DNA of 64,000 bases, taken from the NCBI GenBank assembly GCA_001774685.1, contig MFAS01000001.1, positions 415,557-479,556 on the forward strand, in the 5' to 3' direction. The notes below the pieces were generated by a model. The model made no database searches. It worked only from the letters and a program-made list of their open reading frames with translations, and was not told the DNA's origin. Source of the stretch: Candidatus Collierbacteria bacterium RIFOXYD2_FULL_45_13 (GTDB lineage Bacteria > Patescibacteriota > Microgenomatia > UBA1400 > MFAQ01). Every line of letters begins with the position of its first letter. The first letter of the stretch is position 1. Below are positions 8,882-18,368 of this stretch, in pieces. Both the position numbers and the translations under genes were made by a program.

Positions 8882-10207
8882 GTGCACCGGAAAAAGCGTA
8901 CTCGTCTCACTCATGAAGAGAAGTTTATTATTAGTGGTAGTTCACATATTGGTTTTGGAGGCCAGACCAAGCTACTTCACAAAGTTTTCTCATCGTTACC
9001 GGCTCTAAAGAGCCGTAATTGCCGGCGCTATTTTGCCGGTCAGCTTATCTCCATCATCGGTAGCTGGATGCAAATTGCGGCTCTCGGCTGGCTCACACTT
9101 CAGTTGACCAACTCCGCTTTTATGGTCGGGTTGGTGGCGGCACTGTTTCCCTTACCGGCTCTTTTCTTCTCTCTCTTTGGAGGTATCATCGTTGACCGAT
9201 TTTCCAAAAAGCAGTTGTTACTTATCACCAACTCTTTATCTATGCTCTTAGCCTTTGCCTTGGGTATACTTACTGTTCTGGGAGTTGTTAATATCACCGA
9301 GGTCATTGTTATTTCCTTGTTGGGTGGCATTGTCAGTTCTGTATCTATGCCGGCACACTTTGCCTATCTTAGTGAGCTGGTCGACAAAGAAAATATTTCT
9401 TCAGCCATGTCCATAAACGCCGGCATCTCCAGTCTTGGTCGGGTCCTAGGTCCGGGAATTGCCGGGCTCTACATCGCATTTGCGGGTACTGGAGGAGCCT
9501 TCATTCTCAATGGTCTAAGCTATGTTGCTGTCATCGTTGCTCTTCTACTTATAGACACTCCTTACAAAGTTACCAACCAACATTTGGCACCACTGACCGC
9601 TATCAAAGAGGGGATTGCCTATTCTTTCATGAATCCCATGATACGTTCCATCTTTTTATATGTCAGTGCTATGTCTATTTTTGGCTGGTCCTACACCACC
9701 ATTATTCCCGTCCTAGCGAGAGATGTTTTTCATTCAAACTCTACCGGTATGGGCTATCTTTTCTCATCCATCGGGATTGGGGCTATAGTGGCCACATTAC
9801 TGGTCTCCGCCCTTTCCGGTAAGTTTAGTAAGCTCTCCATCGTCATCTTTGGTAATTCATTATTTTCTCTTAGTCTCTTTCTTTTTTCCTTCACCTCCAA
9901 TCTAAACTTGGGGATATTTTATCTTTTTCTGGCAGGTGGTGGCTTGGTCGCCATTAACGTCATTTTGGGGACCATGGTCCAGTTGATGGCCGATGAAAAA
10001 TACCGTGGTCGTGTTTCCAGTATCTACTATCTTCTTTATGCGGGGCTCTTGTTTCTTGGCAATCTGGAAATTGGTTATCTCACCGACGTTTTTGGTAGCG
10101 GCACAGCTCTTCGCATCAATACTCTGGCTGTCCTTACAATTAGCCTTGCCATCTATTTCACCAAAGACAACCTTCGGTCGGCACAACAGATCTATCTCAA
10201 GTCATAA
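8882..10207 (+). CDS. MFS transporter (MFS_3/EntS-like)
   Basis: About 12 TM helices; 'GQLISIIGSWMQ', 'GGIIVDRF', 'YRGRVSS'. Confidence 0.88.
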   Translation: MHRKKRTRLTHEEKFIISGSSHIGFGGQTKLLHKVFSSLPALKSRNCRRYFAGQLISIIGSWMQIAALGWLTLQLTNSAFMVGLVAALFPLPALFFSLFGGIIVDRFSKKQLLLITNSLSMLLAFALGILTVLGVVNITEVIVISLLGGIVSSVSMPAHFAYLSELVDKENISSAMSINAGISSLGRVLGPGIAGLYIAFAGTGGAFILNGLSYVAVIVALLLIDTPYKVTNQHLAPLTAIKEGIAYSFMNPMIRSIFLYVSAMSIFGWSYTTIIPVLARDVFHSNSTGMGYLFSSIGIGAIVATLLVSALSGKFSKLSIVIFGNSLFSLSLFLFSFTSNLNLGIFYLFLAGGGLVAINVILGTMVQLMADEKYRGRVSSIYYLLYAGLLFLGNLEIGYLTDVFGSGTALRINTLAVLTISLAIYFTKDNLRSAQQIYLKS

Positions 10208-10227
10208 AAGATGCTCGGTTTACCCCC

Positions 10228-10253
10228 AAAAAACCCGCCTTTGCGACGGGTTT
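10228..10253 (-). terminator. Intrinsic terminator
   Basis: AAAAAACCCG...CGGGTTT hairpin between convergent genes. Confidence 0.6.
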
Positions 10254-10266
10254 CGATAATGTCTTA

Positions 10267-10647
10267 TCAACATTCTGGAAAATATTTCTCAGCCAGCTTC
10301 TTGGCCTGTGTGAAGTAATTATCTCCATCAGTCTTATATCCCTCCGCGGCTTGGTTACGATAAAAACGCAATGGAGGCTCAGCCGGCAGATGATGACTAA
10401 TAAAGACCTCTTCGTGTTTCCAGGTGGCGTAATTGATGATAGCGAGCGCTAGCAGTGTGGCAATTGCTTCAGCTGCATTTTCATCAGTGATGAGGAATAA
10501 TAGCTGACCGGCTTTTCCAGGTTCAAACGAGGCTAGTTGCATCACCACTTCCAGCATATCCGATAAACCAAATGAGCTGGCCAGCTTTGAAACTTCCTTG
10601 ATCACATTATCACTCGGATCAAGATCCAAAATCAGATTGATTACCAT
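10267..10647 (-). CDS. Hypothetical protein
   Basis: 126-aa ORF with SD AAGGAG and its own terminator. Confidence 0.6.
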   Translation of the reverse strand: MVINLILDLDPSDNVIKEVSKLASSFGLSDMLEVVMQLASFEPGKAGQLLFLITDENAAEAIATLLALAIINYATWKHEEVFISHHLPAEPPLRFYRNQAAEGYKTDGDNYFTQAKKLAEKYFPEC

Positions 10648-10703
10648 TCAATCTCCTTTAATGTGCCTAAGATAAGGCATTCTATCACATTTGCATCCGA
10701 CAG

Positions 10704-10732
10704 TTGACAACCCTATAACAAGATGATATAGT
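10704..10732 (+). promoter_or_regulatory. Sigma70 promoter for the leader/ABC transporter unit
   Basis: TTGACA-17 bp-TATAGT with an extended -10 TG. Confidence 0.8.
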
Positions 10733-10758
10733 ACTAAATGCCAATTTTGGCAAACCAA

Positions 10759-10863
10759 ATGAAAAACACGGTCATAAATATCAGGTTAACTCTTCCACAA
10801 GATCTCGTGGAAGGTTTTACTGGCCTTAACTGTGCCTCGGTCTTTGCGTATATCAATCCGTAA
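10759..10863 (+). CDS. Putative 34-aa leader peptide MKNTVINIRLTLPQDLVEGFTGLNCASVFAYINP
   Basis: Short ORF between the promoter and a terminator hairpin; not in the ORF track. Confidence 0.5.
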   Translation: MKNTVINIRLTLPQDLVEGFTGLNCASVFAYINP

Positions 10864-10886
10864 TTCGAATTAAATTAGATTTACTC

Positions 10887-10913
10887 AAACGCCGCGGCCT
10901 ACGCGGCGTTTTT
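10887..10913 (+). terminator. Leader (attenuator-type) terminator upstream of the ABC gene
   Basis: AAACGCCGCG-GCCTA-CGCGGCGTTTTT. Confidence 0.75.
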
Positions 10914-10944
10914 GTGCGCACTTTAAAAAAACAAAGGAGGTTCT

Positions 10945-12681
10945 ATGTTTCGGAAACTTTGGTCACTCTTGGCACCCTTTCACCGCACGTTTCTCGTTTT
11001 TGTCTTCTTGGCCTTTCTCTACGAGACGGTCCAGTTGGGAAATAGTTATGTCATCAGCCTGGTGGTTACCCTCTTCGGCTCTGGAGTTGCCGCGTATACT
11101 TGGATATTCCTGGTAGCCGGACTACTTCTTTTCGACGAGTTAAACATGAGGCTAGATAACGCTTTTGACTGGCACATAATCGCCAAACAAAGCCACCCTC
11201 TCTACCGTTTTTTGAAACTTTCAGCTATTTCTAAGTTCCTCAAGATGAATATCCCTTGGCACCACAAACACAACTCGGGGACTCTGGTTGGCAAAGTTGG
11301 AGATGGGGTCTGGAAAACACTGGAGATCGTTGATGTCATGAGTTGGGAGTTTGTGCCCACCGTGGTTCAAACCGTTATTAGCCTGATTCCCCTATTTTTC
11401 ATTAGTCCTTGGGTTGCTTTGATTTCGATTGTCACCTTCGTCCTGTTTGCCTGGCTCACCATCAAAGGCAATCGTGAGAAAGAGCCCTTCAGAGCCAAGC
11501 GTCAAGACTACTATGAAGATGAGTGGAACAAATCCATTGCTTCAGTTCAGTCCGTAGAAACCAATTTGATGTTTGGTCAGCAAGAGCGCTTACTGCGCGA
11601 TCAATCTGCAATTCACGACGGCATCATTGGCGAAGCCCTCCAAGAACACCGGCTCGGCATCTTCAAGTACAACCGCTGGCGCATCCGGGTTCTTACCGTT
11701 GCTCGAAGAGTCGTCCTGGTTATCTGGATTCTTCAGCTATTACAGGGTTCACTTACTCTCGCCTCTCTAATCTTTGTTAGTGTTTTGGTAGAGAGGCTAT
11801 TTTCCAGTTTTTGGCGCTTTGCCAGACTTTTGGATCGGGCGGCTCAAAACAGTGAAGGCGCCAAAAGACTGGCCGATCTTCTGAGTGAGGCAGAGCCGGT
11901 CGAGACAGGTTCGATTCAGACATTACCAAGCAAACCTTTGGGGATCAGTATTCAAGATGTTTGTTTCGCCTACGAAGGAGATTATTCTGAAGAAGACGGA
12001 GCCTTGCACGACTTTAGTTTGGATATAGAGCCTGGTCAAGTCACGGCTCTTGTCGGTCCGTCGGGGGCAGGAAAGACCACTATCAGAAAAATCGTCACCC
12101 GTCTTGCCGGATGTCAAAAGGGTTCCATTTTTGTTGGAGGTATAGACATCAACGACTGGGATGGACCTCAACTGCTGGAACAATTTTCCTATGTGCCCCA
12201 AGGTGACGACGTTTATATTTTTGACGAAACTATTCGTTATAACATTTCTTTTCCCCGGCCGGAAGCCACCGATGAGGAAGTCATCAACGCATCAAAGCTA
12301 GCCGGTATTCATGACTTTGTCTTAGGTTTAAAGGATGGCTACAACACTCAGGTGGGGGAAAGGGGCATCCGTCTTTCAGGTGGTCAAAAACAGCGGGTAG
12401 CTCTGGCCAGAGCTATCTTAGCCAATCGGCCCATCCTCATCCTCGATGAAGCCACTAGCGCCGTAGATGCCATTACCGAGAGCGAAATTCAGACCAACAT
12501 GAGGACAATCCTTACAGGAAAAACCGCCCTGGTCATTGCCCATCGGTTATCCACCGTTTGGGGGCTGGCAGACAAGATTGTCGTTATGGATAACGGTAAA
12601 AAGGTCGAAGAGGGCACTCATGCTCAACTGGTGGATCAAGGAGGACTCTACGCCAAAATGGTCTCCTTACAAACAGAATAA
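10945..12681 (+). CDS. ABC exporter, fused permease/ATPase (MsbA/MdlB type)
   Basis: N-terminal TM domain; GPSGAGKT, LSGGQKQR, ILDEATS, IAHRLST; SD AAGGAGG. Confidence 0.93.
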   Translation: MFRKLWSLLAPFHRTFLVFVFLAFLYETVQLGNSYVISLVVTLFGSGVAAYTWIFLVAGLLLFDELNMRLDNAFDWHIIAKQSHPLYRFLKLSAISKFLKMNIPWHHKHNSGTLVGKVGDGVWKTLEIVDVMSWEFVPTVVQTVISLIPLFFISPWVALISIVTFVLFAWLTIKGNREKEPFRAKRQDYYEDEWNKSIASVQSVETNLMFGQQERLLRDQSAIHDGIIGEALQEHRLGIFKYNRWRIRVLTVARRVVLVIWILQLLQGSLTLASLIFVSVLVERLFSSFWRFARLLDRAAQNSEGAKRLADLLSEAEPVETGSIQTLPSKPLGISIQDVCFAYEGDYSEEDGALHDFSLDIEPGQVTALVGPSGAGKTTIRKIVTRLAGCQKGSIFVGGIDINDWDGPQLLEQFSYVPQGDDVYIFDETIRYNISFPRPEATDEEVINASKLAGIHDFVLGLKDGYNTQVGERGIRLSGGQKQRVALARAILANRPILILDEATSAVDAITESEIQTNMRTILTGKTALVIAHRLSTVWGLADKIVVMDNGKKVEEGTHAQLVDQGGLYAKMVSLQTE

Positions 12682-12690
12682 GCTCTCTAC

Positions 12691-12723
12691 AAGCCTCGCA
12701 TTTGCGGGGCTTTTTATTTTTTT
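12691..12723 (+). terminator. Intrinsic terminator
   Basis: AAGCCTCGCA-TT-TGCGGGGCTT followed by a T tract. Confidence 0.7.
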
Positions 12724-12971
12724 CTCTTGGTACTTTTCTTAACCACGACCTTGGGAGAAGTTCCCACAAAGACATCCTTGTGAATCACGAGATAAATGGT
12801 TGGCAAGATTCCCATGCTGTTGACCAAAAGAAGAGCGACGAACCAAACAACCTGCTTTCTTCCGGCACTCTTATATAGAGCAATCCCTTTTAGGATTAAG
12901 TCCAACAGGACGAAAAAGTATAGCCAACCGAAGCGGCCCGAGAACATCATGTTTTGATAATAGTTGTACAT
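12714..12971 (-). CDS. DUF5652-like small membrane protein
   Basis: 'LKGIALYKSA...WFVALLLVNSMGILPTIYL'. Confidence 0.75.
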   Translation of the reverse strand: MYNYYQNMMFSGRFGWLYFFVLLDLILKGIALYKSAGRKQVVWFVALLLVNSMGILPTIYLVIHKDVFVGTSPKVVVKKSTKRKK

Positions 12972-13014
12972 ATATTAATATTACACAATTTTTTGGCCGT
13001 ATACTAATTACTAG

Positions 13015-13704
13015 ATGTCTGTCGCACTTGTTCCGCTTAGTCTGCTCTTATTATTCTTTTCCAAAAGATGGTTAACCATTGAAATAAGTCGACTTGTTCA
13101 CCGTTTCGGCGGAGGGCACCAAAGCCTTATTGTCATCTGGAGTGTTATCTTCCTACCCGGGACTGTTATTCACGAAATGTCTCACTTCTTCTTCGCTATC
13201 ATTACCGGGGCCAGAACCGGCAAGATCGAAATTTTTCCCGAATACTTAGAAGGTGATTGGGAGGATGAAGAAGAGGGGAGGTCTGTCGCTCTGGGTTATG
13301 TTCAGACCCAAAAACTAAATCCGATACAAGGTTTCTTTGTAGGAACCGCCCCGTTTATTGTAGGTATGTTTCTTTTGGTCTGGTTGGCTTCTCTTCTTCA
13401 GACAAGTTATGCCTCCGGTCAAATACTATTTTTATGTCTTCAGGGATATTTATTCTTTACGGTTGCCAACTCTTTTTTCCCAAGTTGGTCTGATATCCGG
13501 CAAACCTTACCCCTAGTGATCATCGCTTTAGTTTGTCTCCTTATAGCCTGGACTCTCGGTCTACAATTATTCATTAGACCCACTGCGCAGATAGTAACCT
13601 TGGCGGACACCATCTCTGCCACCTTTCTCTTTAGCTCTGTTTTCAACCTTCTCATTATTGGCGGCCTGTTTTTAACCAATAAAGTGTTTTTTCGCACCAG
13701 ATAG
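13015..13704 (+). CDS. Membrane metallopeptidase, M50B-like
   Basis: 'PGTVIHEMSH' HExxH in a TM context, 'LGYV', 'PSWSD'. Confidence 0.7.
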   Translation: MSVALVPLSLLLLFFSKRWLTIEISRLVHRFGGGHQSLIVIWSVIFLPGTVIHEMSHFFFAIITGARTGKIEIFPEYLEGDWEDEEEGRSVALGYVQTQKLNPIQGFFVGTAPFIVGMFLLVWLASLLQTSYASGQILFLCLQGYLFFTVANSFFPSWSDIRQTLPLVIIALVCLLIAWTLGLQLFIRPTAQIVTLADTISATFLFSSVFNLLIIGGLFLTNKVFFRTR

Positions 13705-13768
13705 AGCGTGTTTGAATATTGTCTTTGCAAAACTCTCTATAATGGAGTCATATCAATTACTTTTCAGC

Positions 13769-14308
13769 ATGAAAAAGTCCCTCCTTCTTCTTCCTGCCGC
13801 CCTGTTGTTTTCTGGTTGTATCTTGTTTCCCCAAGCACCAATCACCGGCACTACACAGCAAAAGGCCGAAAAGCTCTCTCAGATTATTAGTAGTGGTGGC
13901 CAGGCAAACTGTAAAGTGACCAATCTGGCAGACAATACGAGTACCCAAATCACCGTTTCCGGTAAAAAAATGAAAGTGGTTGGCTCCGATTTTGGCGAAG
14001 GTAAAAAAGGCACCATGATCAATGACGGCGTTAATACCTACGTCTGGACCGAAGGTGAGAAAATTGGCTTCAAAACCAAACTGGAAACCGAAAAGCCTCT
14101 CCGGCCTACAGTCACCCTGACTCAGGCGGAATCCGTAAATCCGGCCGAAACAGCGGCAGGTTACGAAGACGATACCAAATACCGGATGGACTGTACTCGA
14201 GGAGGTGTTTCGGACGCCGATTTTACTCCGCCGGCCGACGTCAAATTCACTGACTTCTCGGAAATGATGAAAGCGGTCCCCACTATTCCTACCGTTCCTG
14301 CCAGATAG
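13769..14308 (+). CDS. Lipoprotein of unknown function
   Basis: MKKSLLLLPAALLFSG-C lipobox; C-terminal 'FTPPADVKF'. Confidence 0.7.
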   Translation: MKKSLLLLPAALLFSGCILFPQAPITGTTQQKAEKLSQIISSGGQANCKVTNLADNTSTQITVSGKKMKVVGSDFGEGKKGTMINDGVNTYVWTEGEKIGFKTKLETEKPLRPTVTLTQAESVNPAETAAGYEDDTKYRMDCTRGGVSDADFTPPADVKFTDFSEMMKAVPTIPTVPAR

Positions 14309-14323
14309 TCTCTAAATTACCAC

Positions 14324-14353
14324 AAAAAAAAGACCGGCATATTATGCCGGTCT
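14324..14353 (-). terminator. Intrinsic terminator
   Basis: A tract followed by AGACCGGCAT-ATT-ATGCCGGTCT. Confidence 0.75.
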
Positions 14354-14359
14354 AAATTG

Positions 14360-15388
14360 TTATCGGGAGCCCATCTCCAGCAGAGCTTCCAGAAACTTCG
14401 TCAGGTCCATCGGATCGATAACTCCGTGCTCTTCGGGGGACCAGCCGATCACTTCGTGCTCTACTCCATTTACGGAGATTTTCTTGGTGAAGAAGAATCG
14501 GTCACGCAGTATGGGCACGGAGGCGATCAGGTTGATCGGATCGTACTGTGCCCAGGCGTGACTCTTTAGGTAAGGCACAATTTCTCCATCGTCGGCGATC
14601 GGCGGGTTCACACCACCGCAGAACACACTCACAAACCAGGCTCGATTTCGAGACATTGGCAGTTTTCCGCGGAGCTTCGATCCTTCCGGAGCCGTACAAG
14701 AGCGCCAGAAGCTTTGTGTGTTTCGGGGAACCCGGACAGCAAAGCACTTTCCCACCTCGCCCATCCGCTCGAAGATGTTATGGCTGAGCATCGCCTTAAA
14801 GGTAGCGTTCTTAGTCGTTATAGTCATGGGGACGCCAAGTTCTTGTAATCTCCGATAGCAGAACTCAGCAGCTTTCTTGTCGAATAGAACATTCATCGCA
14901 TCGTTCGGTTGGATGAAGCCATCACTTGAAAGCTCGGTCATCACACCACCCATAAACACCACCCTGCTTACCTTTCGGAGCACCAAGTCTAGGTGTTCTT
15001 CAAGAAGCCACTTCAGATCGGTCATGGCTGTCTGGATGACGATCACGACTCCCAAATTCTCAGCTTCGGTCAGTACCTTGAGTATCAATTCTTTCCCTTC
15101 CCGAAGGGTTGTTCCACCTTGATCGATGTAGGGGATCAGGTGCAGGTCGGGGCAAAGGTCAGGCTCGGGCATGACCGTCTCGCCGACCGCTACAGGCACA
15201 GTGTCGAGTCCCAGCCAGTTCATCAAGCCTCGAATCACTCGGGCTCGATCTCTTTCCGGGTTCGTGTTGGCTACCACGCCTGCCATGGACAAGAGCTCCA
15301 TTTTTACTAATGCATTCATTGCAACGATCGAGGACTCATCATCCATATCGTTGTGATTGGGATCACAAATTACGATTGTTTTTTTCAA
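14360..15388 (-). CDS. Nucleoside hydrolase fold protein (IU-NH superfamily, XopQ/HopQ1-like)
   Basis: N-terminal 'ICDPNHNDMDDE', 'VVFMGGV', 'NVLFDKKAA', 'YDP'; SD GGAGG before TTG. Confidence 0.7.
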   Translation of the reverse strand: MKKTIVICDPNHNDMDDESSIVAMNALVKMELLSMAGVVANTNPERDRARVIRGLMNWLGLDTVPVAVGETVMPEPDLCPDLHLIPYIDQGGTTLREGKELILKVLTEAENLGVVIVIQTAMTDLKWLLEEHLDLVLRKVSRVVFMGGVMTELSSDGFIQPNDAMNVLFDKKAAEFCYRRLQELGVPMTITTKNATFKAMLSHNIFERMGEVGKCFAVRVPRNTQSFWRSCTAPEGSKLRGKLPMSRNRAWFVSVFCGGVNPPIADDGEIVPYLKSHAWAQYDPINLIASVPILRDRFFFTKKISVNGVEHEVIGWSPEEHGVIDPMDLTKFLEALLEMGSR

Positions 15389-15463
15389 GGAACCTCCAGG
15401 AGGAATAGGTTAAGACATCCTATATTATATGAGATCACTGCCTCATATGTCAAGACGTCCCCC

Positions 15464-17050
15464 TTAGGGATTCTTCTGCTTTTGTTCCGCTTTCTGCTTC
15501 AGTAGTTCTATGTAGCGTCGAATGTCAGGTATGTCCACAATCTCCAAAGCTTTACTCGCATGTACGATGGCCATATCCCAATCGTCATACGACTCATCCA
15601 AAAATGCCAGTTTTAGGTAAGACATCCACAAGTTGGGATTGATCTTGAGTGCCTCCTCAAAACCCTCTCTAGCCTTTTCTCTTTCGCCAAAAAACATATA
15701 GGTAGAGGCTCTATTATGCATCGCATCTGCGTAATTCGGATTTAGCTCAATTGCTCTGGTGAACTCCTCGATCGCCTTTTCGGCATTGCGTAAATTGACA
15801 TAAGCATCCCCCAGGTTATTATGGTTTATTGGGCTATTGGGAGAATATTCCTCGGCCGAAAACCACAAAGCGTCAGCCGTCCTCCAGTCTCTGATCCGCA
15901 GCAAGGTCCTGCCGGCCATGAGTAAAACCCAGACCGTTACCAGACAGTACAAGACAATCCACTGTTTCTTTTTCTCGGATATGTAGGTGGTGGATAGAGA
16001 AATCATGACGGCTAAGCAAGCGTACCCAAAATATGCATATCTTTCGGCTACCATCATGTTCATACCCGTAGGCGTCAAAGTCACCAGAAGCGAAGTCATA
16101 AATAGCGCCGGCCATAACCAAAAATTCTTTATTTTTTTATTGTCAATCCACGCCCACAGGAGGAAAAGTAAACTAATCCCGCCAAAGGAGAAGATAAATT
16201 TCCAACTAAGATCCACCTCCGAATGATACAGAGTCAGGGCCTTAGGCCAAAAATATAGCCATATATAATTCCCCGTTGGGACCAATACTTTGGCTATGGG
16301 GTTTTCGATTATTTCCCCCGCCACCGTGTAATATGAGTTGGTAAGTACAGCCGCCCGTTCACCGTAGACGGATATCAAGGCAAGTCCTCGTAAAAAAGAC
16401 ATCAAAAAGAGACCGGTCAAGGCCATACTCATTTTTCTCAGTCTTTTGTTTCTCCAGTCCCAAATAAATAACAACACAGGAACAAAAATATATTTTTCGC
16501 ATGAGACTAACGTCAAGATCCAAAGCGCGACTTCGGCAGCATGTTTGAGCTTTGTCTGTTTTTCATCCCAGTGTAGGTACATACAAAGCATCGTCAGCAT
16601 TCCTCCCAAAACATATGGCATTCCCGAAATCCACACTACCGGTTCAACGACGGTGGGAGCCAGTACAAACAAAGCTACAGCGATGATCGCCACCGGGAAG
16701 TCGTACCATCTCCGGACAATTTTGAACAATACAAATGAAGTTGTTAGGTGAAATAGAATACCGGTGAGCCGTAATGGCCAGGGGACTACTCCGAATATGT
16801 TAGTCAGGACTGCATAAATCAGATATTGAAAGGACCACCACGGTCGGAATAGGTCAAAGCTCCAGATACCCACCTTCGCATTGTCCAAAATCGTCGGAAT
16901 ATCATCAGACACGAATTTGTTTGGCAGGCTCGTCAGCCAGATTAGTAAGGCCACCGTCAAAAGCCCCCAAAGGATAGGCGCCTCGAACTTCGCTGCGGTA
17001 GTTGCCTTCGGCTCGGCAATGCTCTTCTCATCCAGTTTGTGTTTATTCAT
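15464..17050 (-). CDS. GT-C glycosyltransferase with C-terminal TPRs (TMTC-like)
   Basis: 'SDD' acidic loop, 'EPVVWISG', 'AERYAY', 'RDWR...LW', TPR repeats such as 'HNNLGDAY'. Confidence 0.8.
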   Translation of the reverse strand: MNKHKLDEKSIAEPKATTAAKFEAPILWGLLTVALLIWLTSLPNKFVSDDIPTILDNAKVGIWSFDLFRPWWSFQYLIYAVLTNIFGVVPWPLRLTGILFHLTTSFVLFKIVRRWYDFPVAIIAVALFVLAPTVVEPVVWISGMPYVLGGMLTMLCMYLHWDEKQTKLKHAAEVALWILTLVSCEKYIFVPVLLFIWDWRNKRLRKMSMALTGLFLMSFLRGLALISVYGERAAVLTNSYYTVAGEIIENPIAKVLVPTGNYIWLYFWPKALTLYHSEVDLSWKFIFSFGGISLLFLLWAWIDNKKIKNFWLWPALFMTSLLVTLTPTGMNMMVAERYAYFGYACLAVMISLSTTYISEKKKQWIVLYCLVTVWVLLMAGRTLLRIRDWRTADALWFSAEEYSPNSPINHNNLGDAYVNLRNAEKAIEEFTRAIELNPNYADAMHNRASTYMFFGEREKAREGFEEALKINPNLWMSYLKLAFLDESYDDWDMAIVHASKALEIVDIPDIRRYIELLKQKAEQKQKNP

Positions 17051-17250
17051 TTCAATTCCTTTATCTGTTTCTTTAAAGAATCCACCAAGGCTTGATAGGT
17101 CTCCGTCAAACTTACCGCCAGATCGTAAGCATTATTATCATGCCAGTCACAGTTTTCCCCACAGGCCTCGCCTTGTTCTTTCATTGCCTGATCCAGTTTC
17201 AGCTGAGCCCTCTTGAGTTGTTCCTCCAACCGTTTTCTTTCTGTCTCCAT
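17047..17250 (-). CDS. Stand-alone GreA/GreB N-terminal coiled-coil-like protein
   Basis: Helix-'ACGENCDWHDNNAYD'-helix, comparable to GreA 'AREFGDLSENAEY'; 4-bp overlap with the next gene. Confidence 0.6.
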   Translation of the reverse strand: METERKRLEEQLKRAQLKLDQAMKEQGEACGENCDWHDNNAYDLAVSLTETYQALVDSLKKQIKELK

Positions 17251-17328
17251 TCTTTTGATTATATTTCAACTAACATAGTTTTTTATAAGTGGTAGAATTG
17301 TTCCCATCTCACGAAGAAGGAGGCATCT

Positions 17329-17622
17329 TTGAAAGCTAAAATAATTGGTCAAAAAGTTTCCCTAAGCATAATGGACTATGTTCATGGCGGCGGACACTAT
17401 ATGCGTCGTATTTTTGTTCCGGAAGCCGCCAATCTGGTATTTGGGGTGGCCGAAGGAAAAGTCTTTGCCTTTACCCACTATGATTTAGAAGCAAACCAGC
17501 CCGACATCCTTGCCGAGATCAACCTTCCCGACGAACTCGTCAAAAAAGCTCTCAAGTTGGCCATTGCCACCATGGAACTCAGCACAGAGAAATCCCAGAT
17601 CGAAGATTTACTGCATGACTAA
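17329..17622 (+). CDS. Hypothetical protein
   Basis: SD AAGGAGG before TTG; hairpin downstream at about 17635-17660. Confidence 0.6.
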   Translation: MKAKIIGQKVSLSIMDYVHGGGHYMRRIFVPEAANLVFGVAEGKVFAFTHYDLEANQPDILAEINLPDELVKKALKLAIATMELSTEKSQIEDLLHD

Positions 17623-17679
17623 AGACGAGCATTCAGCCCCCTTTACCAGGGGGCATTTTGTTGGAATATAATATAGAGC

Positions 17680-18324
17680 ATGACAAGAAAAAGTAAGAAG
17701 GTTTTTCTTTTAGTTCTGATTCTTCTCTTAATTTTTTTATTCATTTTCAGTCGCCGAGCCTTGTCTCCAAACAAAACTGCCTTGAGTAACGTTACGCCAA
17801 CACCCGCCCCCTCTCAAGTTTCCGAAAGCACCACCAAATGCCAAAACGTCGTCGTTTCTGCCGGAGAAACCGTCGAGCTTTTTACCTATCAATCCGGCCA
17901 GTTCATCCGTTTCGATTATCGTGTAGCTGCTACGACGGAGGAAAAGGCTCTCAATCTTCAAGTACTTTCCGATGGCCAGTGGCTCTATGTTTGGAATCAG
18001 CCTCACCGTTACAACAAGGACGACGTCGTCGTCAATCCCCCGGGAAAGAAGGTCAGGCTTTCCTCGCTACCTCTTTCCATAGCTACCTCAACCCCCGATG
18101 AAGTTCAGAGAATCAGTGGTCCAAATATCTCCGGTGACCGGCTTTGTTATGTATGGGATGACGTTGATCCTGTCTTCAAGGTTCCCGCCGATTTTACTTT
18201 TGAAGACTCAAACGAAACCTCTCAAAAGATCAAGGAAGACTTGGCCAAAATCTGTCAAGTTTGTGCCAAAACTTCAAACGCAACCGCCGCTTCAGCTTGT
18301 CGCACTAATCTCAGCTGTCTCTAG
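17680..18324 (+). CDS. Membrane-anchored/secreted hypothetical protein
   Basis: N-terminal TM helix, PTP linker, several Cys; distantly resembles the 13769 lipoprotein. Confidence 0.7.
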   Translation: MTRKSKKVFLLVLILLLIFLFIFSRRALSPNKTALSNVTPTPAPSQVSESTTKCQNVVVSAGETVELFTYQSGQFIRFDYRVAATTEEKALNLQVLSDGQWLYVWNQPHRYNKDDVVVNPPGKKVRLSSLPLSIATSTPDEVQRISGPNISGDRLCYVWDDVDPVFKVPADFTFEDSNETSQKIKEDLAKICQVCAKTSNATAASACRTNLSCL

Positions 18325-18368
18325 GGAGGTGTATTATTTACTTATACCAATTAAGTCCTAGTATACCT

